The position numbers and the translations under genes were made by a program. Source: Escherichia phage PHB11. From it: a stretch of DNA of 64,000 nucleotides. Position 1 is the stretch's first letter, and each line of letters starts with the position of its first letter. Shown in pieces: positions 50,661-59,495 of this stretch. The notes under the pieces were generated by a model. That model had not been told where the DNA came from and made no database searches. It saw nothing but the letters and a program-made list of their open reading frames with translations. The stretch lies in the sequence record MK524176.1; one strand, written 5' to 3'.

Positions 50661-51083
50661 ATGCAGAAAATGTTTGTTCACCCAGACATAGCTGACTTTG
50701 TTAGAGCTTTGCAGAAGTTGGAAGAACTTGACATTGCTGCTCAACGGGAATATGCTCACCATCACAGGAGAATGGTTGATATACAACATGAAATAGAGTT
50801 GTCTGAAAACTATGAAGATGACTTAAAATGCTCTGTGTTTGAGCATATGAAAGATGTTGCTACAGCGAGACGTAAAGCTAAAGACACAGTTGCTTTACTA
50901 GATTCTCTTAAAAAGAGGTTGCAAAGTGGTACAGACCTGTGTAATCTAGCGTCACTGATTAACGATGTTGAAACTTCTTGGGATAGGCATTACTATCCAC
51001 GTTCTGAAAAGACACTTGACTTTTCTTCATCTGAAAACTTAAAATGTTCTAGAAAGAAACTTAACCAACTGAGAGAGAAATAA
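50661..51083 (+). CDS. Hypothetical protein
   Basis: 140-aa ORF, AAGAGG RBS. Confidence 0.5.
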   Translation: MQKMFVHPDIADFVRALQKLEELDIAAQREYAHHHRRMVDIQHEIELSENYEDDLKCSVFEHMKDVATARRKAKDTVALLDSLKKRLQSGTDLCNLASLINDVETSWDRHYYPRSEKTLDFSSSENLKCSRKKLNQLREK

Positions 51084-51084
51084 T

Positions 51085-51897
51085 ATGAATACTACTGTAG
51101 ACCAGATGCTTGAAGAAAAAGGTATTGACGAAGCATTCTTAATCAATGCCGTAGAAAGCATGGCTATGATTCTTCGTGGAAACAACTACACAGAACAGTT
51201 TATGCCTGCAAGCTATAACTTGCCTAAAGACAAGTCTGATAACGGTGCTTTTGCAGAACAGGTTAATATGATGCTGTGTGATAAAACACTTGCTTTAGCA
51301 TCTATCGTTGTAGGTGTTGATGCTCTTGCAGAGTTCATTTTCTATGAGATGCAGAAAAATGACTATATTGCCATGACCTTTGAAGAAAAAGACTCGCTAC
51401 TGCTCTTAGGTTATGATGAGCTAGTTGACCTGTTAATCTCGTCAACGAGTGCTGTTATGGCTGCTCTTGAGAAGCGAATGGAAGAGAAGCTGTCACGGTA
51501 TGAAAAACTTGATTGGGGTGTAGAAGAGTTAAACCCACGAATCAAAGAGATTATCCAGCAAACTAAAGACTCTTTAGCAGAAGCCGTGAAAGATGATTCT
51601 GTAGCTGATGTAGAACCACTACAGGTTAAGGTTGCTCTGATGATTCCTGCTATCTCTACAATGATGAATATCGTTGCACTAATCCAACTTTCTCAGATGT
51701 TGGGTGTAACCATTGAGTTCGTTGAGGAGATGACTGGTGGTGTCAGTATGCAAGCAATTAATGATGTTTTGGTAAACATTGGCGCTTCAATCATTGAAGA
51801 GAAGCTTCGCATTAACTTTGGTGACGATTTTGTGAAGCAAGTCTCAGATATGGCTGAAAAAGAGCAATCACAGATTACTAGTGACCAACTGCACTAA
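51085..51897 (+). CDS. Hypothetical protein
   Basis: 270-aa ORF. Confidence 0.5.
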   Translation: MNTTVDQMLEEKGIDEAFLINAVESMAMILRGNNYTEQFMPASYNLPKDKSDNGAFAEQVNMMLCDKTLALASIVVGVDALAEFIFYEMQKNDYIAMTFEEKDSLLLLGYDELVDLLISSTSAVMAALEKRMEEKLSRYEKLDWGVEELNPRIKEIIQQTKDSLAEAVKDDSVADVEPLQVKVALMIPAISTMMNIVALIQLSQMLGVTIEFVEEMTGGVSMQAINDVLVNIGASIIEEKLRINFGDDFVKQVSDMAEKEQSQITSDQLH

Positions 51898-51915
51898 GTC
51901 TTTATAAATCTTACA

Positions 51916-51941
51916 AGCCTCCTTAGTTGGGGGCTTTTTAG
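51916..51941 (+). terminator. Rho-independent terminator
   Basis: AGCCTCC-TTAGTT-GGGGGCT (one G-U) then TTTTT; same hairpin sequence family as 801..830. Confidence 0.55.
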
Positions 51942-51958
51942 TAATTAAGGGAGATAAA

Positions 51959-52702
51959 ATGAGTAATATTATTGCATTTACTGGAAAGGCACGTTCTGGA
52001 AAAGACACCTCATGTTCTATTGTTAAGAATATCTTAGAAGATGAGTATGGCTACAATGTTGCAGTAATGGCCTATGCAGACAATCTTAAGCTATCTGCAT
52101 CAAAGATATTTGACTTGACATGGAATGACCTGTACGGTGAAACTAAAGAGACTCCACAGGTCTTTGATTTATCATACTCTGAACTTATGACTAAAGTTAC
52201 GGAAGCTATGGAGTTCACCTTCAGAGATGAACGTTACCATATGGACTTTAAGCTTATGTCAGAGTTAACCGGACGATTAATCATGGAACTTAAGAAGGTT
52301 GCTAAACCGACTCTATTGACACGTCTGGGATTTAGCAAAAAGTATAAATTCTCATCAAGACAAATTCAACAGATTTGGGGCACTGAAGTAATCCGTAAAG
52401 TTATGGGTGACAAGTTCTGGTCTAAAGACCTTGAAAAAAGAATGGTAAACTTCTTTGACGTTTGCTCACTTAGGAATCAAGAAGGTGTTGTTTTAATCAG
52501 TGACTTAAGGTTTGACTCTGAAGCTGAGTGGCTGAGCAGATTTGCACACCAAACTATTGAAGTAAAAAGAGACAATGTGGACAAGGTTTCATCACATGTT
52601 TCAGAAAATGGAATTTCTACCAAATATGCGCGTGACATTATCCATAATAATGGTACTCTTGAAGACCTTGAAAGCAAGCTAAGAGCTATCCTGAAAATTT
52701 AA
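51959..52702 (+). CDS. Deoxynucleoside monophosphate kinase (putative)
   Basis: N-terminal P-loop FTGKARSGKDT resembling phage dNMP kinases; 247 aa. Confidence 0.55.
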   Translation: MSNIIAFTGKARSGKDTSCSIVKNILEDEYGYNVAVMAYADNLKLSASKIFDLTWNDLYGETKETPQVFDLSYSELMTKVTEAMEFTFRDERYHMDFKLMSELTGRLIMELKKVAKPTLLTRLGFSKKYKFSSRQIQQIWGTEVIRKVMGDKFWSKDLEKRMVNFFDVCSLRNQEGVVLISDLRFDSEAEWLSRFAHQTIEVKRDNVDKVSSHVSENGISTKYARDIIHNNGTLEDLESKLRAILKI

Positions 52703-52710
52703 AAGAGAGA

Positions 52711-52911
52711 ATGAAGATGAGAGTAAAAGATAATTTTAAAGTTATTGACCATCGTTTAGTGGAACTCTCATCTCTTTCCAATGAGGTAATGATTGAACGT
52801 CTTAAGAGAGTTGAATCACGAAGGAAAGAGATTGCAGATGAAATTCATGAACTGGACAAGATTGAAAACGGATTGAAGGCAGAACTACAACGAAGAGGTG
52901 CTAATGTCTAA
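52711..52911 (+). CDS. Hypothetical coiled-coil protein
   Basis: 66-aa ORF. Confidence 0.4.
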   Translation: MKMRVKDNFKVIDHRLVELSSLSNEVMIERLKRVESRRKEIADEIHELDKIENGLKAELQRRGANV

Positions 52912-54889
52912 AGGTCGTAAATTGAAAGAGGCTGGTCAGTTTATTGGTCATTGTGCATGTCCACGTTGTGGTTCATCAGATGCTGGTTCAATCTACCATC
53001 ATGACGATGATTCTTATTCGATGACTTGCTTTAGCTGTAACAAAGGTTTCCCAGAGTGGGATTTTGATAAAGGACAAATCGTGAGCACTTATTCTACTGG
53101 TTCAGATAATAAAAACCGTACTTTCCGTGGAATGGATTTAGACGATGTAAAAGAAAACCTAGAAGCAATGGACTTGAAAGACAGGAAGATTCCTGCAAAA
53201 GTTCTTGAACGCTTAGGTATCAAGGTTGACATTGACAGTGACGGCGAAATTGACGCACATTTCTATCCAACTTACAAACGTAATGAAGATGGTAAGCTAG
53301 AGCACGTCGGTTATCGTGTACGTCACCGTTACCCAGAAGACCACCCAAAAGAACATCTACGCGGTAAGTTAAAAGACTTTTCAGGTGGTGTTGGGGACAT
53401 TAAAGGTGAACTGGCAATGTTCGGTTCATGGATTGCTCCAGAAGGCGGTAACCGTCTATTCATTTGGGAAGGTGAGATGGAATGTGCCACAGCAATCTAC
53501 ATGACTTCTCTGGCGATTAAAGATAAGTCTCGTCGTAAGAATTACTGTCACGTATCTGTTCCATCAGGTGCAAACATTAAGTCTATCAAAGACAACTATC
53601 AGTACATTACATCATTTGATGAGATTTACTTGTGCTTTGATAACGATGAAGCAGGTGCTAAAGCTACCAAAGAAGCTGCTGGTATCCTACCTATTGAAAA
53701 GGTTCGTTTATTCCAGTATCCAGAAGGTGTAAAAGACCTTAACGAATGGTGGACAAAGTTCTATAAAGAGAAAGACACAGTTCTGGAAGGATTTAAACAG
53801 CGTATCTACAACGCACCTCGTTACTGCCCTGCTGGTATCAAGAACTTCGCAGATGGTTTTGAGGCAATGAAGAATCGTGGTCAGATTCCATTGATTCCTT
53901 TCCCAGAATCTTTCGGGGATTTGAACAGGTTGACTTATGGTGGTTACGGTTTAGGTGAGATTACAACTCTGGCAGCACCATCTTCAGTAGGTAAATCAGC
54001 ATATACCCGTGAAATGATTTACACTGCTTGGAAGGAAACCGATTATAATATTGGTGTAATTCCTGTAGAAGATACCTATGAAGAGTTGATGGAGATGCTC
54101 TGTGCAATTCATCTAAGCAAGCAGATTTCTGAGATTCCTTATGATGAACGTGATTGGGATGAATTGAAGGAAGCACACGCAGAACTATCTAAAGGTCGTC
54201 GTATCCATATCGTTGACCATCAAGGGGCAATTGACCAAGATAACCTACTGGAATTTGTTGACTATCTTGTTAACAGTTTAGACTGTAAGATTATTATTCT
54301 TGACCCTATCACGTTAGCTCTGTCACGTTCAGATACGGATGAAGAGGAAGTTTTGTCTGAGCTATTGCGTCGTTGCAAACGCTACCAGTATGCACAGGTA
54401 AACGTATGTCACGTTCGTAAGAGTGCAGGTGGTCAGAAAGCTAACTCTGAAGGTGGAGATATCTCTGAAGAGGATATTAAGGGTTCTGGTGCATACTTCC
54501 AGATTTCCATGAACAACATTCTGTTAATGCGTAACAAGGTTGACCCAGACCCTGTTAAGAAAAACTTGACAAAAATCAAGTTAACTAAGTGTCGTCGTCA
54601 TGGTAAGTCAACAGGTATTGCTGGTCATACTTGGTACAATCCAGATACAGGACGTCTTATCAAAGCTTCTGGATGTGGTGTTGACATTGATGGTGCAGCA
54701 GAAAATATTCGTCAACAGTTTGGCATTGGTGAAGCTGAAGACCATTATGATGACTCTTTACCTCATTATGAGGATGAAGTGTTTGACCGTGAGACTGGTG
54801 AAGTCTATACTGAAGAACAGCGTCAAAGCTCAACGATTCCGCCTGTATTAAGTGAGGATGCAGATGACTGCCCGTTTGAAACTGAGTGA
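52904..54889 (+). CDS. DNA primase-helicase (T7 gp4-like)
   Basis: N-terminal zinc ribbon (CPRCGS ... CFSCNKGF), central region, C-terminal DnaB-like helicase Walker A (SSVGKSAY); ATG 52904 with AAGAGGTG RBS. Confidence 0.75.
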   Translation: MSKGRKLKEAGQFIGHCACPRCGSSDAGSIYHHDDDSYSMTCFSCNKGFPEWDFDKGQIVSTYSTGSDNKNRTFRGMDLDDVKENLEAMDLKDRKIPAKVLERLGIKVDIDSDGEIDAHFYPTYKRNEDGKLEHVGYRVRHRYPEDHPKEHLRGKLKDFSGGVGDIKGELAMFGSWIAPEGGNRLFIWEGEMECATAIYMTSLAIKDKSRRKNYCHVSVPSGANIKSIKDNYQYITSFDEIYLCFDNDEAGAKATKEAAGILPIEKVRLFQYPEGVKDLNEWWTKFYKEKDTVLEGFKQRIYNAPRYCPAGIKNFADGFEAMKNRGQIPLIPFPESFGDLNRLTYGGYGLGEITTLAAPSSVGKSAYTREMIYTAWKETDYNIGVIPVEDTYEELMEMLCAIHLSKQISEIPYDERDWDELKEAHAELSKGRRIHIVDHQGAIDQDNLLEFVDYLVNSLDCKIIILDPITLALSRSDTDEEEVLSELLRRCKRYQYAQVNVCHVRKSAGGQKANSEGGDISEEDIKGSGAYFQISMNNILLMRNKVDPDPVKKNLTKIKLTKCRRHGKSTGIAGHTWYNPDTGRLIKASGCGVDIDGAAENIRQQFGIGEAEDHYDDSLPHYEDEVFDRETGEVYTEEQRQSSTIPPVLSEDADDCPFETE

Positions 54890-55141
54890 TAGTTATAAAA
54901 GAGAGGGGTTCATACCCTTCTTTGAAGAAAAAAGTTTAAATAAATTTCAGGAAGAGTGTTTGACAAAGATTGATAGGTTCTATAGAATGCTCCTCATGAA
55001 ATGCGATGGTGAGGTTGCTATAAAAGAAGACTCCTACCAAAGCACGATTACAGTCATCATTACACTGCCTCAGCATAATATTAGTTGGCTGTTTATAATT
55101 AAAGAAAATGTGTTTGAATATCAAGTATATCGGAGAATATC

Positions 55142-55291
55142 ATGAAACACTCTAAAGCATTTGAAAAAGTTTTTGGGGATTCCTTAAAAGCCACTGCTGG
55201 CAAACCAGCAAAATACTATGAAGAGAAGCGTGTAAGAACTGGAAAAACTGCACGCAAAGCAGCTTCTAAAGATAAGCACAACTTCCAGTAA
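55142..55291 (+). CDS. Possible small basic protein (49 aa)
   Basis: ATG with GGAGA RBS; not in ORF track (under 60 aa). Confidence 0.3.
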   Translation: MKHSKAFEKVFGDSLKATAGKPAKYYEEKRVRTGKTARKAASKDKHNFQ

Positions 55292-55298
55292 TTAATGT

Positions 55299-55327
55299 TT
55301 GACAATAGAGTATCAACAAATTAGAAT
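55299..55327 (+). promoter_or_regulatory. Sigma70-like promoter (TTGACA-17-TAGAAT)
   Basis: Inverted repeat AGAGTA/TACTCT brackets spacer and -10; upstream of the SSB gene. Confidence 0.5.
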
Positions 55328-55363
55328 TGGTACTCTTCATAAATTGAGATAGAGGTTTAAATA

Positions 55364-56221
55364 ATGTCTAAAGTTGTTAAAATGAAAGCTCCGGTAGAGA
55401 AGTACAATGGTACTGAACGTCAAACTCTGCGTTACCTGCTGAAAGATGTTTGGTTTTATTACCTGAACACTTCACCACGTCCGGGAAAAGGTAAGTCCAT
55501 TGATAAGAAATTCCCAGGAAAAGACTGCAACTACAGTGTTTCAATTCTGGCAGAAGACGGTAACAAGCTGTTTAAAGAATTTACTAAGTCTAAGAAAAAC
55601 CCAGAAGGTTGGGATAAAGTTACTACTGAAGCGGTTGATGCAGACGACTTCGAAGAGAAGTTTGGTTGCAAACCACCATTTGAAGCAGACACTTACTACA
55701 TCTTGAAAGTAAGTCGTGCAGCAGCTTATAAAGATGGTGCTGTGTGGACAGCTAAACAGTCATTCCCTGTAATGCTGATTGAAGAAGTAAATGGTAAGCG
55801 TGTAGCTGTTAAACAGCCGATGAAGAAAATCAAAGCTCAAGCATCTGATAAGCATGAAGATGACAAGAACTATGATGTAATTCATCCAGATATTGCAGTT
55901 GGTAACGGTTCTTTTGGTAGTGTGATTCTTTCTACTCACTTCTACACCTTTGAGAACAATGTTCTGACAAAACCTATTCAGGAACAGTTTATCATTGATA
56001 CTCTTGTACCTTACACTGGTGGTAACGGTGCTAATGGCGAACCTGAACTGGATGAAGACGAACTGGCTATGCTTGGTCTTGATGGTGTTGAAGATAACGG
56101 TGAAATCACTGAAGAAGATGCAAAAGACCACAAACCTTCGAATGATTCTGATGATGGTGACGATGAAGACTTGCCAGACCCAGATGACGAAGAAGATGAA
56201 GACTTCGATACAGAAGACTAA
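55364..56221 (+). CDS. Single-stranded DNA-binding protein (T7 gp2.5-like, putative)
   Basis: 285 aa with a highly acidic C-terminal tail (DDGDDEDLPDPDDEEDEDFDTED) including a terminal aromatic residue. Confidence 0.5.
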   Translation: MSKVVKMKAPVEKYNGTERQTLRYLLKDVWFYYLNTSPRPGKGKSIDKKFPGKDCNYSVSILAEDGNKLFKEFTKSKKNPEGWDKVTTEAVDADDFEEKFGCKPPFEADTYYILKVSRAAAYKDGAVWTAKQSFPVMLIEEVNGKRVAVKQPMKKIKAQASDKHEDDKNYDVIHPDIAVGNGSFGSVILSTHFYTFENNVLTKPIQEQFIIDTLVPYTGGNGANGEPELDEDELAMLGLDGVEDNGEITEEDAKDHKPSNDSDDGDDEDLPDPDDEEDEDFDTED

Positions 56222-56239
56222 TCTCTAAAAGTTACTTTA

Positions 56240-56268
56240 AAGCCCTGTACTTAGTATGGGGCTTTTTC
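56240..56268 (+). terminator. Terminator-like hairpin
   Basis: AAGCCC-N11-GGGGCT then TTTTT. Confidence 0.45.
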
Positions 56269-56283
56269 ATATGGAGAGTCACA

Positions 56284-57324
56284 ATGGAGAAGTATACGCT
56301 AACAAAACTTCCCGATTCAGTTACACATGTCTTTATTGACTCTGACAGTATTGCCTATAAAGGTGCTTGTGTAGTTGAGAAAGCAAAATATAAATATGTC
56401 AATAAACTCACAGCAGAAGAATCTGAACCATTTGATAATGCAAAAGATGCCGCAAGATGGTTAGCAGACCAGAGAATCCTTGTAGAAGAGCTTGGCCTAG
56501 CATTTGATGAAGATGAATGGGAAAGACAGACTTGGAAAGAAGCTAAGAGTGAAAAAGAAGCTATCATGGCTACTCAGCAGGTTCTTCAGGAATGGCTTAA
56601 GGTTGTTGGTAAAGAAAGAACTTGGGTAGGTTACTTAACAGAGAAAGGTGTGCATAAGCATAAAGACGTTAAAGGTCTTGAGCACCAATATCAAGGTAAC
56701 CGTAAAGATGCTGTCACACCAACACACTTAGTTGCTTGTCGTGAATATCTCCTGTCAAGACCAGAGTTCAAACTCTTAAAGGGTGGCTTCGAAGCCGACT
56801 CAATCGTTATTGCTAAAGCTGAAAAGATGGGTAAGAAAGCTGCTCTTATGAGTATTGACAAAGACCTTCGACAAGCTGAAGGTACTTATTGTATTGATAT
56901 GACTTATGAAAAGTCACCACTAATTTTTATTGCTGATAATAATGTTGGTGATATCTGGGATTGCCCTATCAAATCAAAACCAAAAGCTGCAAAAACAGTT
57001 GGTGTAGGTTTTAAATTCTTGTGTTATCAGGCTGTTGCTGGAGATAATGCAGACAACTACTTCGGACTTAAAGGTGCTGGAAAAGTAGCTGTGATGAATG
57101 CTTTAGATGGTAAAGAGACTTATAAAGAGTGTCTTGATGCTATCTATGAACTCTATGCTAAAAAAGAGTCTTATACCTATGTATCATGGGATGGACAGAC
57201 TGTTACCAAAACACCATTAGAGTTAATGGAACAGCATTTCTGGATAGCATATCAAGAGAGAAATCCAAAAGATAATTTCTCTTTTAAGAAATATAATTGG
57301 GAGCCGTGTATGAATGAAGATTAA
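56284..57324 (+). CDS. 5'-3' exonuclease / flap endonuclease (RNase H-like)
   Basis: 346 aa; AGDNADNYFGLKGAGKVAVMNAL resembles the helical-arch/H3TH region of 5' nucleases; acidic residues VFIDSDSIAYK at the N-terminus. Confidence 0.6.
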   Translation: MEKYTLTKLPDSVTHVFIDSDSIAYKGACVVEKAKYKYVNKLTAEESEPFDNAKDAARWLADQRILVEELGLAFDEDEWERQTWKEAKSEKEAIMATQQVLQEWLKVVGKERTWVGYLTEKGVHKHKDVKGLEHQYQGNRKDAVTPTHLVACREYLLSRPEFKLLKGGFEADSIVIAKAEKMGKKAALMSIDKDLRQAEGTYCIDMTYEKSPLIFIADNNVGDIWDCPIKSKPKAAKTVGVGFKFLCYQAVAGDNADNYFGLKGAGKVAVMNALDGKETYKECLDAIYELYAKKESYTYVSWDGQTVTKTPLELMEQHFWIAYQERNPKDNFSFKKYNWEPCMNED

Positions 57325-57811
57325 AGGATTTGGCAATTGCCCTACCTATGGTCATTGGGTATCTTTATGTGGGGAAGTTGACCCCACTAAACATTTTGGT
57401 TTTGTCTATTTAGTACACTGTAAGAAGACCGGACAATATTATATCGGAAAGAAACAGCTTAATAGTGTGACCAAAAGAAAAGTTGCTGGCAAGACTCGGA
57501 AGAAGGTAGTCACTAAGGAGAGTGATTGGGTGACTTATGAGACTTCTTCTGAGTATATTAAAAAAGATATTGAGAGCTTTGGAAAAGAATTTTTTGACTT
57601 TTACATTATCCAAACCTACTACACGAAAGGTGGTCTAGTTTATGGTGAAGCAAACCTCCAACATAAATTCGATGTAATGACAAAAAGGATTGACTCTAAG
57701 CTCAGACTCTTCTACAATGCCAATATTGCAGCAATTAAGTTTATCACTAAAGAAACTTATGAAGATGCTGAAAAAAGAATCCATAAGGTAATGAAAGCAA
57801 ATTGTGCTTGA
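57314..57811 (+). CDS. GIY-YIG-like domain protein (candidate homing endonuclease)
   Basis: FGFVYLVHCKKTGQYYIGKKQ matches the GIY-(10-11)-YIG spacing; 165 aa. Confidence 0.4.
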   Translation: MKIKGFGNCPTYGHWVSLCGEVDPTKHFGFVYLVHCKKTGQYYIGKKQLNSVTKRKVAGKTRKKVVTKESDWVTYETSSEYIKKDIESFGKEFFDFYIIQTYYTKGGLVYGEANLQHKFDVMTKRIDSKLRLFYNANIAAIKFITKETYEDAEKRIHKVMKANCA

Positions 57812-57832
57812 TAACTATTGAGAGAGAATAAA

Positions 57833-58063
57833 ATGTTTAACAAAAGTAAAGCTGTGAGTCATGTAGCAAAGGTTGACAGCAAGATTGAAGAACTTGAGCG
57901 CATTCTTGCAAATGCCAGAGAGTCAATAATTAAAGAAGTTGAAGCTGTTGAATCTCAAATGCAGCACCTAATGCTTAAACGTCAAGAGTTACGTGAGCAT
58001 CTGGAATATATTGAAACACGAGAGCTAAAAGTTAACAGATTTTTAAGGAGTCCAAATGTTTAA
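57833..58063 (+). CDS. Hypothetical coiled-coil protein
   Basis: ATG 57833 preferred over the upstream TTG of the ORF track. Confidence 0.4.
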   Translation: MFNKSKAVSHVAKVDSKIEELERILANARESIIKEVEAVESQMQHLMLKRQELREHLEYIETRELKVNRFLRSPNV

Positions 58064-58811
58064 CTCAAGAGAATCAGTAAAAAACTGGAATCTTCGTTGC
58101 GGAAACACCCAAAAGCAACCTTACAGTGATGAGTATTGGGAATCTTTGAAATCCCAGTCTCTGTGTATGCTTGAAGAAGCGAAAGAGCTTGTAAAAGCAA
58201 TTGAAGAGAAAGACCCCATTGAGACATTGGATGCTCAGGCAGATTTGCAATATGTTCTTGACGGTCTAATTTATCTGTCACAACATGACCACAATGGCGC
58301 TATGGAAGCTGTTTGCCATAATAATGACCTGAAGTACACAGATGACTATGAAGAAGCTTTAAAACGTCTTGCAGATATTGAGAAGCGTACTGGTCAAGAG
58401 TGTATTATCAGAATGTCAGTAGTTGATGGTAAAGAGTGGTATGCGATTGTCCGTGCAGCAGATGGGAAGATTATGAAGCAATCAAATCTCCCTAAAGTAC
58501 AGCTTGGTGAATACATTGTAGAGCTTGAAAGCCAAGAACTTTTTGTGGTAGTATCTGAGACATGCGTTATCTGCAAAGGTATTGTAGGTAGCTTAAAGGA
58601 TTTGGGTGTAGATGGTTTTGTAGAAGTTAATCCAATTACCTCTAAAGCAGATAAAGATTTCTGTAAAGAGAATGGACTATGGATTGCAGATATTGTCTAC
58701 TACGATGGTGAGCAGTTCCATGTAACCTCATACCCGAAACTGAATTATGATGCTAATAACCTGAAGTGCTGGTTAAAAGGGGTTGGTTATGATGGATTCA
58801 CAGAACATTAA
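58056..58811 (+). CDS. Protein with MazG-like NTP pyrophosphohydrolase N-terminal domain (putative)
   Basis: LEEAKELVKAIEEKDPIETLDAQADLQYVLDGL resembles the EExxE...ExxD MazG motif; 251 aa. Confidence 0.4.
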   Translation: MFNSRESVKNWNLRCGNTQKQPYSDEYWESLKSQSLCMLEEAKELVKAIEEKDPIETLDAQADLQYVLDGLIYLSQHDHNGAMEAVCHNNDLKYTDDYEEALKRLADIEKRTGQECIIRMSVVDGKEWYAIVRAADGKIMKQSNLPKVQLGEYIVELESQELFVVVSETCVICKGIVGSLKDLGVDGFVEVNPITSKADKDFCKENGLWIADIVYYDGEQFHVTSYPKLNYDANNLKCWLKGVGYDGFTEH

Positions 58812-59115
58812 TAAAGAAGGTGTGGCTCAGAAGAGCCACTTCTCAAACTACAATATTTCTATGACGGTGTTTATGTATGACCCGTTACTTGAGAAGTATG
58901 GTGAGACTCCAGATACACTTCTGGATAATGAACAAGTTTTAAAAGCAGTCCTGTACAAATATGGGATTGATATTGAGAAAGAGTATTCCTTTGAAATCTG
59001 CCAACACAGAAATACTTTTGGTAAAGTTGTGATGGCTCCACTCTTCATGGGTGTAGAAAGAACTGACTATGGTTGGTTATATCTAAAAAGAAACTTGGAG
59101 AAATACCGTGTCTAA
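58783..59115 (+). CDS. Hypothetical protein (start uncertain; ATG 58861 possible)
   Basis: 110-aa ORF overlapping the upstream gene end. Confidence 0.35.
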   Translation: MVMMDSQNINKEGVAQKSHFSNYNISMTVFMYDPLLEKYGETPDTLLDNEQVLKAVLYKYGIDIEKEYSFEICQHRNTFGKVVMAPLFMGVERTDYGWLYLKRNLEKYRV

Positions 59116-59449
59116 AGCAAAAAAGTTATCTTATGATGACATTATCTCAGGTGCTAAGTTAGGTGTTGACAGTATCGGACAAGACGTTAAGCACGGAGAC
59201 ACAGTTATGTACTGTGATGACCGAAGAGGGAGAAGTGCAATCTTGTTTGGAAGAATTGTTTGCAAGATGCGAGGTAATTACGTTGTTGCAGACATGGATG
59301 TGAACGTTACACAAAAACTTGAAACACTTATGGATGATAATACATCATCATCATGGTTCTTCCTGAATTGTATGCACACTTCTTCAGTCACAAAAGTAAG
59401 TGATAAGTTTTACGATATGTGGCAGAATGAGCAAATTTTCAAGATTTAA
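59108..59449 (+). CDS. Hypothetical protein
   Basis: 113-aa ORF (GTG start in ORF track). Confidence 0.45.
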   Translation: MSKAKKLSYDDIISGAKLGVDSIGQDVKHGDTVMYCDDRRGRSAILFGRIVCKMRGNYVVADMDVNVTQKLETLMDDNTSSSWFFLNCMHTSSVTKVSDKFYDMWQNEQIFKI

Positions 59450-59455
59450 ACTAGT

Positions 59456-59478
59456 GAGCCTCTTCGGAGGCTCTTTTC
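59456..59478 (+). terminator. Rho-independent terminator
   Basis: GAGCCTC-TTCG-GAGGCTC then TTTT. Confidence 0.7.
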
Positions 59479-59495
59479 ATCTGTAGGATTCAAAA